DNA from: Verrucomicrobiota bacterium
Lineage (GTDB): Bacteria; Verrucomicrobiota; Kiritimatiellia; CAIQIC01; JAGNIJ01
Assembly: GCA_018823105.1 (NCBI GenBank)
Contig: JAHJJH010000240.1
Location: 1 to 53,647, forward strand
Length of the DNA: 53,647 nt
Reading direction: 5' to 3'
The notes under the pieces were generated by a model that had not been told where the DNA came from, did no database searches, and was given only the letters and a program-made list of their open reading frames with translations. Both the position numbers and the translations under genes were made by a program. Below are positions 1 through 7,269 of this stretch, one piece after another (the stretch's first letter is position 1; each line of letters begins with the position of its first letter).

Positions 1-158
1 CGGAGCAAGCGCAGCGGTTCAGCCTGGCCCAGTTGCGCCGTGGTCATGAGTGGCTGGTCCGATCTCATGAAGCGATCGTCAGCACGACCGTCCCCGCCGC
101 GCTCCAGCTCGAACTGCTGCTCCTGCGGTTGCTTGCGCCCGGTGAAGTGACCAAGTAA
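1..158 (+). CDS. 3-prime fragment of an unidentified CDS that enters from the left edge (frame 3, TAA at 156-158)
   Basis: Frame 3 is open from the window edge (...EQAQRFSLAQLRRGHEWLVRSHEAIVSTTVPAALQLELLLLRLLAPGEVTK*). Third codon positions are strongly G/C, like the real genes here. A REP-like element follows the stop, as at other gene ends. The fragment is too short to name. Confidence 0.35.
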   Translation, partial: EQAQRFSLAQLRRGHEWLVRSHEAIVSTTVPAALQLELLLLRLLAPGEVTK

Positions 159-184
159 TGCGGTGGGCGAAGCTCGTTTAAATT

Positions 185-243
185 GTAGGGCCTTCGCTTG
201 TCGAAGGCCGAACCGAGCGGCCGCCGGCGAGCGGCGGCCCTAC
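185..243. repeat. REP-like palindromic element (GTAGGGCC ... GGCCCTAC outer arms)
   Basis: GTAGGGCC at 185-192 is the reverse complement of GGCCCTAC at 236-243. There is an inner hairpin, ggccttcg/cgaaggcc (189-209). Same head and tail as the elements at 1478-1552 and 51344-51396. Confidence 0.6.
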
Positions 244-277
244 GATGTTCGTAAAGACACAGGATCATTGTCCTGAC

Positions 278-305
278 GCCCGGCCGGGCTGTCGCCCGGC
301 CGGGC
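278..305. other. GC-rich hairpin: two copies of the self-complementary 12-mer GCCCGGCCGGGC separated by TGTC
   Basis: Read directly: gcccggccgggc tgtc gcccggccgggc. No U-run follows, so this is not a classic intrinsic terminator. Confidence 0.5.
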
Positions 306-362
306 ATGACAAGGGGGTAGAAACGTGATAAAGTGCATAAGTTTATAGCCGTGGGATGACAA

Positions 363-1475
363 ATGATCCTGATCCTGGTGCCCAACGTGGATATGCAGGG
401 GGCCGAGTATCGCTCCCTGACCGAGGCCCTCGCCCTGCTGCCGAACGTGCAGACGCGGGTGCACCACGTGCAGGGCGCGCTGCAGACCCTGACGGAAGTG
501 TACCTGATCGGCGACACCAAGCTGCTGTCGCTCGAGGACATGCGCAACCTGCCGTGCGTGGAGCGCGTGGTCCGGGTCTCGCAGGCTTACCGGGTCATCG
601 GCCGGCATAAGGACGACCACCGGCCGACCTCCTTCGAGTACAACGGCGTGCGGTTCGGGCAGGACAATCTTCACGTCTTCGCGGGTCTTTGCGCCGTGGA
701 CACCCGAGAGAACGTTGAACGCATGATGCGCGCGCTGCAGGAGCACGGCCAGGTTTGCACCCGCATGGGGGCCTACAAGCCGCGGACCAATCCTTACTCC
801 TTCCAGGGTCACGGGAAGGCATGTCTGCCTTACGTATTCGAACTGGCCGGCCGCCACGGGATCCGCGTGATCTCCATGGAAATCACGCACGAGGACCACA
901 TTGACCAGATCCGCGCGGCGCTGGAGCAGGCCGGCCGACCGACGGGCGTGATGCTGCAGATCGGGACGCGCAACGTGCAGAATTTCGAGCTGCTCAAGCA
1001 CGCGGGCCGGCAGCAGGAATTTCCGATCCTTTTCAAGCGCGGCTTCGGCATCACGCTGGAGGAATCGCTCAACGCGGCGGAGTACCTGGCCAGCGAGGGC
1101 ACCCAGCGGATCGTCTTCTGCCTGCGGGGCGTGAAGACGCACATGGGCGACCCGCACCGGAACATGGTGGACTTCGCGCATGTCCCCGTGGTTCAGCGCC
1201 TGACGCGCCTGCCGGTGTGCATTGACCCCTCGCACTCGGTCGGCGGGCGGAACCGGTCGCCGGACGGCCTGCTGGAGCTTTTCCACGTCACGGCGCAGGG
1301 GGTCATCGCCGGCGCCAACATGGTGCTGACGGATTTTCACCCCGACCCCGACCGCGCCCTCGTGGATGGGCCGCAGGCGCTGCATCTGGACGAGCTAGGA
1401 CCCTACCTGGAGGACATCCACATCGCGCGGGAGGCCTATGAGCGGCGGCTGGCGCGGGTTCAAAACGGTTTATAA
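363..1475 (+). CDS. aroF: 3-deoxy-7-phosphoheptulonate (DAHP) synthase, type I-beta, with an N-terminal ferredoxin-like regulatory domain (Thermotoga/Bacillus-like)
   Basis: Motifs GAYKPRTNPYSFQG, LFKRGFG and CIDPSHS. An extra N-terminal domain of about 80 aa (MILILVPNVD...VERVVRV) is colinear with the T. maritima enzyme. Confidence 0.9.
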   Translation: MILILVPNVDMQGAEYRSLTEALALLPNVQTRVHHVQGALQTLTEVYLIGDTKLLSLEDMRNLPCVERVVRVSQAYRVIGRHKDDHRPTSFEYNGVRFGQDNLHVFAGLCAVDTRENVERMMRALQEHGQVCTRMGAYKPRTNPYSFQGHGKACLPYVFELAGRHGIRVISMEITHEDHIDQIRAALEQAGRPTGVMLQIGTRNVQNFELLKHAGRQQEFPILFKRGFGITLEESLNAAEYLASEGTQRIVFCLRGVKTHMGDPHRNMVDFAHVPVVQRLTRLPVCIDPSHSVGGRNRSPDGLLELFHVTAQGVIAGANMVLTDFHPDPDRALVDGPQALHLDELGPYLEDIHIAREAYERRLARVQNGL

Positions 1476-1477
1476 AA

Positions 1478-1552
1478 GGTAGGGCGCGCCGCGGCGGCTT
1501 AGCCTGCCCGCCATAGCCCGAAGGGCGACGGCGGGAGCCAAGCCGCCCTACC
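1478..1552. repeat. REP-like compound palindrome immediately after the aroF stop
   Basis: GGTAGGGCG (1478-1486) pairs with CGCCCTACC (1544-1552). GGCGGCTT pairs with AAGCCGCC. Inner gccc-gaa-gggc hairpin. Shares arms with 51344-51396. Confidence 0.65.
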
Positions 1553-1557
1553 GCAGG

Positions 1558-2400
1558 ATGCAACGGATGAAACGATGGCAAACAGCAGGAGCGGTCCTGG
1601 CCCTCGGCCTCGCGGCCGGGGTGGCCGCGCGCGCCGCGGACCCGCGGCCCGAGCTCTGGTTCCCCGTCGGCGAAAAGCTGACCTACCGCATCTACTGGGG
1701 CGTTTTCCAAGTCGGCATCTCGACGGCCACGACCGCCTGGCTGGAGGAAGACGGGCGCACCCTGCTGGTGATTCGGTTCCGGACGCGGACCAACCGGCTG
1801 GTCGAGAAGCTCTATCCCGTGGACGATTTCCTGGAGACCGTGATTGATCCGATCACGTTCCTGCCCGTGCGCACCACCAAGCGGCTGAAAGAGGGGCGGT
1901 ACCGCGCCGATGAGACCGTGGTCTTCGATCATGCCCGCGGCCTGGCCCGCTGGCACTCGAACATGTCCGACAAGAACAAGACGTTTGAAATTGACCCCGA
2001 CACGCGGGACGTCATTTCGTACATGTACTTCATGCGGTCGCGCCCCTTCAAGATCGGAGAGACCGTCAAGTCCCGCGTGATGGCCGACGAAAAGATTTAC
2101 GACCTGTATGTCAAGGTCTCCCGGCGCGAGAACCTGGACCTGCCGAACCTGGGGCGGCGGCAGAGCATCAAGCTGGAGCCGGAGGCGGCGTTCAACGGAC
2201 TGTTCGTGCGCAAGGGGAAACTGTGGATGTGGGTTTCCGACGATACGGACCGGTTCTGCACCCGCCTGGCCGCGCGGGTGCCCGTGGCCAGCGTGTCGCT
2301 CTGGTTGAGCAAGGTGGAAGTGGTGAACAACCGGGTCGTCGCCGGGAACGACGAAGAGGACGACGAGGAAAGCGAGATGAACGATGAGCCTGCATCCTGA
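1558..2400 (+). CDS. DUF3108-like secreted protein with an acidic C-terminal tail
   Basis: Signal peptide (AVLALGLAAGVAARA). A YRIYWGVFQVG...KLWMWVSDD pattern typical of DUF3108. The tail is NDEEDDEESEMNDE. Confidence 0.6.
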   Translation: MQRMKRWQTAGAVLALGLAAGVAARAADPRPELWFPVGEKLTYRIYWGVFQVGISTATTAWLEEDGRTLLVIRFRTRTNRLVEKLYPVDDFLETVIDPITFLPVRTTKRLKEGRYRADETVVFDHARGLARWHSNMSDKNKTFEIDPDTRDVISYMYFMRSRPFKIGETVKSRVMADEKIYDLYVKVSRRENLDLPNLGRRQSIKLEPEAAFNGLFVRKGKLWMWVSDDTDRFCTRLAARVPVASVSLWLSKVEVVNNRVVAGNDEEDDEESEMNDEPAS

Positions 2401-3400
2401 CCGCGCGCGGGAGCTGCTGGCCGCGTTTCCCCGGCAGCGCATCCTGGTGATTGGCGACCTGATGCTGGACCGGTACATCTACGGCGCCGTCAGCCGCATT
2501 TCGCCGGAGGCGCCCGTCCCCATCGTGTCCGTCACGCACGAGAAGAGCATGCCCGGCGGAGCCAGCAACACCGCCTGGAACGTGCAGTCGCTCGGCGGGC
2601 AAGCGGTGGTGGGCGGCGTGCTGGGGAAGGACGCCGCCGGCGCAGATCTCAAGGCCCTGCTCTCCGGCGGAGGCGTCGGCCTGGAGGGGCTGTTGGAGGG
2701 CGAGGGCCTTCGGACCACCGTCAAGACCCGCATCATCGCCGAGCGCCAGCAGGTGGTGCGGGTGGACTGGGACGATCATTTCGACGTGGGCGACCGGCCG
2801 GCGAAGACCTTCCGCGATCTGATGGAGCGGGAGGCGCGTCGGGCCACGGGAATCATCATCGAGGATTACGGCAAGGGCGTGGTCTGCCAGCCGGTGGTGG
2901 ATGCCGCGCTGAAAGTGGCGCACGAGGCCGGCATCCCGCTGGGGTTGGACCCGAAGGAGGGCCAGGAACTCGACGTGCGCGGCATCACCCTGGCCACGCC
3001 GAACCGCCACGAGGCGTTCAGCCTTGCCGAGGTCCGCGAGTCCCGGCCGCAGGCCCATCCGTTGGAGGACCAGCCGCTCCTGGACGTCAGTGCGCGCCTG
3101 CTGGAAAAATGGAACGCCGAGCAGATCCTTGTAACGCTCGGGCCGCAGGGGATCCTGCTGCGCGCCCGCACGGGCGGCCTGCACCACGTGCCGACGCGGG
3201 CGCGCGAGGTCTTCGATGTCAGCGGCGCGGGCGACACGGTGATCGCCACCTGCGTGCTGGCCCTCGCCGCCGGCGCCACGCCGGTCGAGGCCGCCGAGCT
3301 GGCCAACCACGCCGCCGGCGTCGTCGTCGGCAAGCTCGGTACCGCCACCTGCACGCCGGAGGAACTGCTGGCGAATGTGGGGATTGCGGAAAGTGAATAG
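2384..3400 (+). CDS. rfaE1: D-glycero-beta-D-manno-heptose-7-phosphate kinase (RfaE domain I, PfkB family)
   Basis: ILVIGDLMLDRYIYG at the N-terminus and the PfkB signature DVSGAGDTVIA near the C-terminus. Confidence 0.85.
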   Translation: MSLHPDRARELLAAFPRQRILVIGDLMLDRYIYGAVSRISPEAPVPIVSVTHEKSMPGGASNTAWNVQSLGGQAVVGGVLGKDAAGADLKALLSGGGVGLEGLLEGEGLRTTVKTRIIAERQQVVRVDWDDHFDVGDRPAKTFRDLMEREARRATGIIIEDYGKGVVCQPVVDAALKVAHEAGIPLGLDPKEGQELDVRGITLATPNRHEAFSLAEVRESRPQAHPLEDQPLLDVSARLLEKWNAEQILVTLGPQGILLRARTGGLHHVPTRAREVFDVSGAGDTVIATCVLALAAGATPVEAAELANHAAGVVVGKLGTATCTPEELLANVGIAESE

Positions 3401-3457
3401 TCCAAAGTCCCAAGTCCAAGGTCCAAAGTCCGAACTGAACACCGAACACTGAAACCT
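3400..3457 (+). repeat. 7-nt-periodic C/A-rich tract that ends at the kdsB start codon
   Basis: GTCCAAA GTCCCAA GTCCAAG GTCCAAA GTCCGAA CTGAACA CCGAACA CTGAAAC CT, then ATG at 3458. Confidence 0.8.
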
Positions 3458-4279
3458 ATGCGTATCCTCGGCATCATCCCGTCCCGCTGGGGTTCGACCC
3501 GGTTCCCCGGCAAGAGTCTGGCCCTGATCGCCGGCCAACCGCTGGTCCAGCGGGTGGTCGAACGGGTCCGGGCCGCGCGGCGGCTCGACGAGGTGCTCGT
3601 AGCGACGGATGACGAGCGCATCGGCGCCGTGGTGCGGAGGCTGGGCGTCGAGGCCGTCATGACCGATCCGGCCCTGCCGTCGGGGACCGACCGTGTGGCC
3701 GCGGCGGCGCGCGGGCGCGGGGCGGACATCGTGATTAATATCCAGGGCGACGAGCCGCTGGCCGATCCGTCGGTGATTGATCGGCTGGCGGAGGTCATGG
3801 AGAGCGATCCGTCGTGGGACATGGCGACGCCGGCCTGCGCGATGGAGAACGGCCCCGAGGTGGATCAGCCGTCCATCGTCAAGGTCGTGTGTGCGGCGGA
3901 CGGCGCGGCGCTGTATTTTTCGAGATCGCGCATTCCGCACATCCGGGACGCGGGCGGCGAGCGGGCGGCGAGCGGGCCGGTCTACTGGCAGCACATCGGG
4001 ATTTACGCCTACCGCCAGGCGGCGCTGGACCGGCTGGTGGCCGAGCCGCCGTGCCTGCTGGAGCAGATGGAGAAGCTGGAGCAACTCCGGGCGCTGCACC
4101 TGGGCTACCGGATCAAGGTCGTGCCGGCGGCCAGACCCGGCCTGGGGGTGGACACGCCGGAGGACGTGGCGAAGGCGGAGGCGAGGCTGAAGGATGAAGG
4201 AAGGAAGGAATCTCCAAAGTCCAAGGTCCCAAGTCCCAGGTCCAAACTGAACACTGAAACCTCTTATCCTGACACCTGA
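3458..4279 (+). CDS. kdsB: 3-deoxy-manno-octulosonate cytidylyltransferase (CMP-Kdo synthetase). The last ~25 codons read through a repeat tract.
   Basis: GIIPSRWGSTRFPGK and INIQGDEPL. The C-terminal KESPKSKVPSPRSKLNTETSYPDT is encoded by the heptamer tract. Confidence 0.92.
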   Translation: MRILGIIPSRWGSTRFPGKSLALIAGQPLVQRVVERVRAARRLDEVLVATDDERIGAVVRRLGVEAVMTDPALPSGTDRVAAAARGRGADIVINIQGDEPLADPSVIDRLAEVMESDPSWDMATPACAMENGPEVDQPSIVKVVCAADGAALYFSRSRIPHIRDAGGERAASGPVYWQHIGIYAYRQAALDRLVAEPPCLLEQMEKLEQLRALHLGYRIKVVPAARPGLGVDTPEDVAKAEARLKDEGRKESPKSKVPSPRSKLNTETSYPDT

Positions 4280-4295
4280 AACCTGACACCTGAAA
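4212..4295 (+). repeat. Second, longer copy of the 7-nt-periodic C/A-rich tract (kdsB 3-prime end through the kdsA leader)
   Basis: CTCCAAA GTCCAAG GTCCCAA GTCCCAG GTCCAAA CTGAACA CTGAAAC CTCTTAT CCTGACA CCTGAAA CCTGACA CCTGAAA. The first ~50 nt are paralogous to 3400-3457. Confidence 0.8.
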
Positions 4296-4308
4296 CCCGA
4301 GCAAAGCC

Positions 4309-5133
4309 ATGCCAACAACCAAAGTCATTCAAGTTGGAAACGTACGGTTGGGGGGACGCGCGCCCCTGGCGCTGATCGCCGGGCCGTGCGTGATCGAGAG
4401 CCGCGAGATGTGTCTGGATCTGGCCGGCCGGCTGGCGCGGTGGGCGAAGAAGGCCCGCGTCCCGCTGATCTTCAAGGCGTCGTACGACAAGGCCAACCGG
4501 ACTTCGCACCGGTCCTTCCGCGGGCCGGGGCTGTCGCGCGGCCTGGAGATCCTGGCCGAGGTCAAGGAGCGGTACGGCCTGCCGCTGCTGGTGGACGTGC
4601 ACAGCGAGACCGAGGTGCCGCTCGTGGCGAAGGTGGCGGACGCATTGCAACTGCCGGCGTTCCTCTGCCGCCAGACGGACCTGGTGCTGGCCCTGGGCGA
4701 GAGCGGGCGCGTGGTGAACATCAAGAAGGGGCAGTTTCTCGCCCCGTGGGATGTCCGGCACGTGATCGCCAAGATCGAGAGCACGGGGAACCGGAAGATC
4801 CTGCTGACCGAGCGCGGCGCGAGTTTCGGGTACAACACGCTGGTGGCGGACATGCGCAGCCTGCTGATCCTGCGGGAGACCGGCTACCCGGTCCTTTTCG
4901 ACGCCACGCACAGCGTGCAGGCGCCGGGCGGCGCGGGCGACCACACGGGCGGAGAGGGGCGGTTCGCCCCGGCGCTGGCGCGGGCCGCGGTGGCGACGGG
5001 TTGCGACGGGGTGTTCCTCGAAACACACGTCCGGCCTGAAAAAGCCTTGTCGGACAGCGAAAACGCGATACCGTGGTCCGCCCTGAACGGATTATGGCGG
5101 CAATTGAAAGCGATAGATGCATTGGTGGAGTAG
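4309..5133 (+). CDS. kdsA: 2-dehydro-3-deoxyphosphooctonate aldolase (Kdo-8-P synthase)
   Basis: FKASYDKANRTS and FDATHSVQAPGG. The length (274 aa) is typical. Confidence 0.93.
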   Translation: MPTTKVIQVGNVRLGGRAPLALIAGPCVIESREMCLDLAGRLARWAKKARVPLIFKASYDKANRTSHRSFRGPGLSRGLEILAEVKERYGLPLLVDVHSETEVPLVAKVADALQLPAFLCRQTDLVLALGESGRVVNIKKGQFLAPWDVRHVIAKIESTGNRKILLTERGASFGYNTLVADMRSLLILRETGYPVLFDATHSVQAPGGAGDHTGGEGRFAPALARAAVATGCDGVFLETHVRPEKALSDSENAIPWSALNGLWRQLKAIDALVE

Positions 5134-5146
5134 ATTGATCCGGGAT

Positions 5147-5194
5147 GTAGCCCCGAGCGTAAGCGAGGGGCCGCTTGCTCACGCTCGCGGCTAC
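5147..5194. repeat. GTAG...CTAC palindromic hairpin between kdsA and the lptC-like gene
   Basis: gtagccccgagcgtaagcg ... cgcttgctcacgctcgcggctac, about 19 bp of stem with 2 mismatches. It lies inside the spurious 5-prime extension of ORF 5117. Confidence 0.55.
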
Positions 5195-5203
5195 GGGAGA
5201 GGA

Positions 5204-5635
5204 ATGTGTTGTCTGGCCGCGGCGCTGGCGCTGCTGGCGGCCGCGCCGGCGGGGGCCCAGACGACGGGCTCCGTGCAGACCGTCGCGGGTTTCCGCGTGC
5301 CGGACTACGACGAGCAGAACAACCTCAAGAGCGTCCTGTTCGGCGATTTTGCCCGGATCCTGCCGGACGGGATCATCGAGATCACGAACCTGAAGATCGA
5401 TTTCTACCGCGAGGGCGCGACGAATATGACGGTGACTTCGCCGAAATGCATTTATAATCAGAAAGAAAACACCGCGCGTTCCGACGCCGACGTGGAAATC
5501 CGGCGGGAAAAGCTGCGGATCACGGGGACGGGCTTCTGGTGGAGCGCGAAGCAGGAACGGTTCGAGATTTTCCATAAAGCCCGCGTGGAGATCCAGGGAG
5601 CGAGGGGCCACATGGAATCGGGAGGGCTGCCATGA
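5204..5635 (+). CDS. LptC/OstA-like periplasmic LPS-transport protein. Start moved to ATG 5204, after the hairpin and a GGAGAGG box.
   Basis: Signal/anchor MCCLAAALALLAAAPAGA. OstA-like beta-jellyroll pattern (ITNLKIDFY...LRITGTGFWW). Sits directly upstream of lptA, with an ATGA overlap. Confidence 0.55.
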   Translation: MCCLAAALALLAAAPAGAQTTGSVQTVAGFRVPDYDEQNNLKSVLFGDFARILPDGIIEITNLKIDFYREGATNMTVTSPKCIYNQKENTARSDADVEIRREKLRITGTGFWWSAKQERFEIFHKARVEIQGARGHMESGGLP

Positions 5636-6138
5636 AACGATGGATCTGGCTGGTGGGGGGCCTCGCCGTGTTCGGCCTGGCGCGGACTGCGGCCCCGGCG
5701 GTTGCCGCCGGGGCGGCGGCCGCGGAGGAGGAGCCGGTGACGGTGATCACGTCGGACCGGTTGACCTTCGATTCGAATCAGCGCGTTGCGCTGTTCGAGC
5801 ACAACGTCCTGGTCACAGACGCGAAGATGCAATTGGCCGCGGACAAGCTGACGGTACAGTTCGACGACAAGGGGCAGGCGAAGACGATCAAGGCCGAGGG
5901 GCGGGTGACGATCACGCAGCTGGACCGGACGGCCCAGTCCGAGCAGGCGTTGTACGACGTGCCCACGGGGAAGATCGTGCTGACCGGCAAGCCGCGGGTC
6001 ACGCGCGGGCGGGACGTACTCGAGGGCGAGATCATCACGTACTGGCGCAACGAGGACCGAATGATTTGCCAACCCGGCGCCCGCCTGCTAATCTATCCTG
6101 AAAAGGGCGGCCTGCAGGATCAGTTCAGAGGAGAATAG
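5632..6138 (+). CDS. lptA: LPS export periplasmic protein LptA (OstA N-terminal domain)
   Basis: Signal peptide, then ITSDRLTFDSNQRVALFEHNVLVTD and GKPRVTRG. Located between the lptC-like gene and lptB. Confidence 0.7.
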   Translation: MKRWIWLVGGLAVFGLARTAAPAVAAGAAAAEEEPVTVITSDRLTFDSNQRVALFEHNVLVTDAKMQLAADKLTVQFDDKGQAKTIKAEGRVTITQLDRTAQSEQALYDVPTGKIVLTGKPRVTRGRDVLEGEIITYWRNEDRMICQPGARLLIYPEKGGLQDQFRGE

Positions 6139-6139
6139 C

Positions 6140-6877
6140 GTGGCGTCGCAAAGCACCGGACTGGTCGAGGCCCGGCAGATTGTCAAGGCGTACCACGGCC
6201 GGAAGGTCGTCAACGGCATAGACCTGTCCGTGAGCCGCGGGGAGATCGTCGGGCTGCTCGGCCCGAACGGCGCGGGCAAGACGACGAGCTTCTACATGAT
6301 CGTGGGGCTGATCCGCCCGACGGCCGGGGAGGTTTTTTTCGAGGGCCGGAACGTCACGACGATGCCGATGTACCGGCGGGCCCGGATGGGCATGGGCTAC
6401 CTGTCGCAGGAGCCCTCGGTCTTCCGACGGCTGACGGTGGCGGAGAACGTGCTGGCCATCCTCGAGACCCTGCCGCTGACCGCACGGGAGCGGCGCCGCC
6501 GTCTGGAGGAGCTGCTGGAGGAGCTGAAGATCGGCTACCTGGCCAAGCAGAAGGCCTACACCTTGAGCGGCGGGGAGCGCCGCCGCCTGGAGATTACCCG
6601 CGCGCTGGTGACGCGCCCGTCGCTGATCCTGCTGGACGAGCCGTTCAGCGGGGTGGACCCTCTGGCGGTCTTCGACGTGCAGCAGATCATCATGGAGCTG
6701 AAGGCGCGCGGACTGGGCATCCTCATCACGGACCACAACGTCCGCGAGACGCTGTCCGTGGTGGACCGCGCCTACCTGATCTGCGAGGGCAAGGTGTTGA
6801 GGGAGGGGACGAGCGATTTCCTGATCAACGATTCGGTGAGCCGCGAGCTATATCTGGGGCCGCGGTTCAGCATGTGA
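6140..6877 (+). CDS. lptB: LPS export ABC transporter ATP-binding protein LptB (GTG start)
   Basis: Walker A GPNGAGKTT, signature LSGGERRRLEI and Walker B LILLDEPFSGVDP. Confidence 0.92.
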   Translation: MASQSTGLVEARQIVKAYHGRKVVNGIDLSVSRGEIVGLLGPNGAGKTTSFYMIVGLIRPTAGEVFFEGRNVTTMPMYRRARMGMGYLSQEPSVFRRLTVAENVLAILETLPLTARERRRRLEELLEELKIGYLAKQKAYTLSGGERRRLEITRALVTRPSLILLDEPFSGVDPLAVFDVQQIIMELKARGLGILITDHNVRETLSVVDRAYLICEGKVLREGTSDFLINDSVSRELYLGPRFSM

Positions 6878-6901
6878 ACCCAGAACGAAAGGAGACCGGC
6901 T

Positions 6902-7264
6902 GTGCAAATCAGCGTGACGGGGCGGCACCTGGAGATCACCGACGCGATCCGGGACTACACGCATGAACGGCTGCAGCACGCGCTGCTGGACTACCCGCGC
7001 ATCGAAAGCGTGCACGTGATTCTGGATGTCGAGAAGTATCGCCACCTGGCCGAGGTCGTCGTGCAGGCGCCCAACCACGTGCGGGTCGAGGCGCGCGAGG
7101 AATCCAGCGACATGTACGCCTCCATTGACGGCGCCGTCGAGAAGGCCGCGAAGCAACTGCGCCGGCACCGGGACAAGGTCACCGATCACAAGGCGCGAGA
7201 GGGGTTGGCCGACCTTGAGCTGAACGCCCAGGCGGCGGAAAAGGAAGGCCCCGGCGCGGGTTGA
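6902..7264 (+). CDS. hpf: Ribosome hibernation promoting factor (short HPF/RaiA type, GTG start)
   Basis: MQISVTGRHLEITDAIRDY... is the canonical sigma-54-modulation/HPF N-terminus. 120 aa. Confidence 0.85.
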   Translation: MQISVTGRHLEITDAIRDYTHERLQHALLDYPRIESVHVILDVEKYRHLAEVVVQAPNHVRVEAREESSDMYASIDGAVEKAAKQLRRHRDKVTDHKAREGLADLELNAQAAEKEGPGAG

Positions 7265-7269
7265 AGGGC

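Noticed and set aside
1-69. Possible minus-strand gene start (ATG at 69 or 47, reading MRSDQPLMTTAQLGQAEPLRLL...) running off the left edge
   Set aside because: Its third-codon positions are only about half G/C, unlike the real genes here. The + strand frame-3 reading has the expected GC3 and a stop followed by a REP element. Only about 23 codons are visible, so the minus-strand reading cannot be supported.
3400-4295. Could the short tandem repeats be a CRISPR array or a telomere-like sequence?
   Set aside because: The units are only 7 nt, degenerate and contiguous, with no 25-40-nt spacers. No cas genes are present. They do not match the TTTAGGG/CCCTAAA-type repeats exactly.
2192-4318. 708-aa minus-strand ORF, together with similar long antisense ORFs at 240-1385, 8509-10317, 17031-19076, 31349-32971, 33357-34886 and 43552-45603
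   Set aside because: These are shadow ORFs of a high-GC genome. They lie antisense to + strand genes with unmistakable conserved motifs (kdsB, ptsI, the sugar transferase, and others). They are Arg/Pro/Gly/Ala/His-rich and I recognise no domain signatures in them.
5117-5203. N-terminal extensions offered by the ORF track for several genes (5117, 19021, 22515, 25276, 27759, 29790, 32093, 34784, 35755, 38023, 38508, 39035, 40415, 52446)
   Set aside because: The extensions overlap the upstream gene or run through REP or hairpin elements. In each case an internal ATG or GTG gives a canonical protein N-terminus, often with an ATGA stop-start overlap. Starts were moved accordingly, and exact starts remain unverified.
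6878-6901. Missing rpoN between lptB and hpf as a possible deletion scar or pseudogene
   Set aside because: The gap is 24 nt with no remnant ORF, so nothing supports a pseudogene. The gene is simply absent from this locus.
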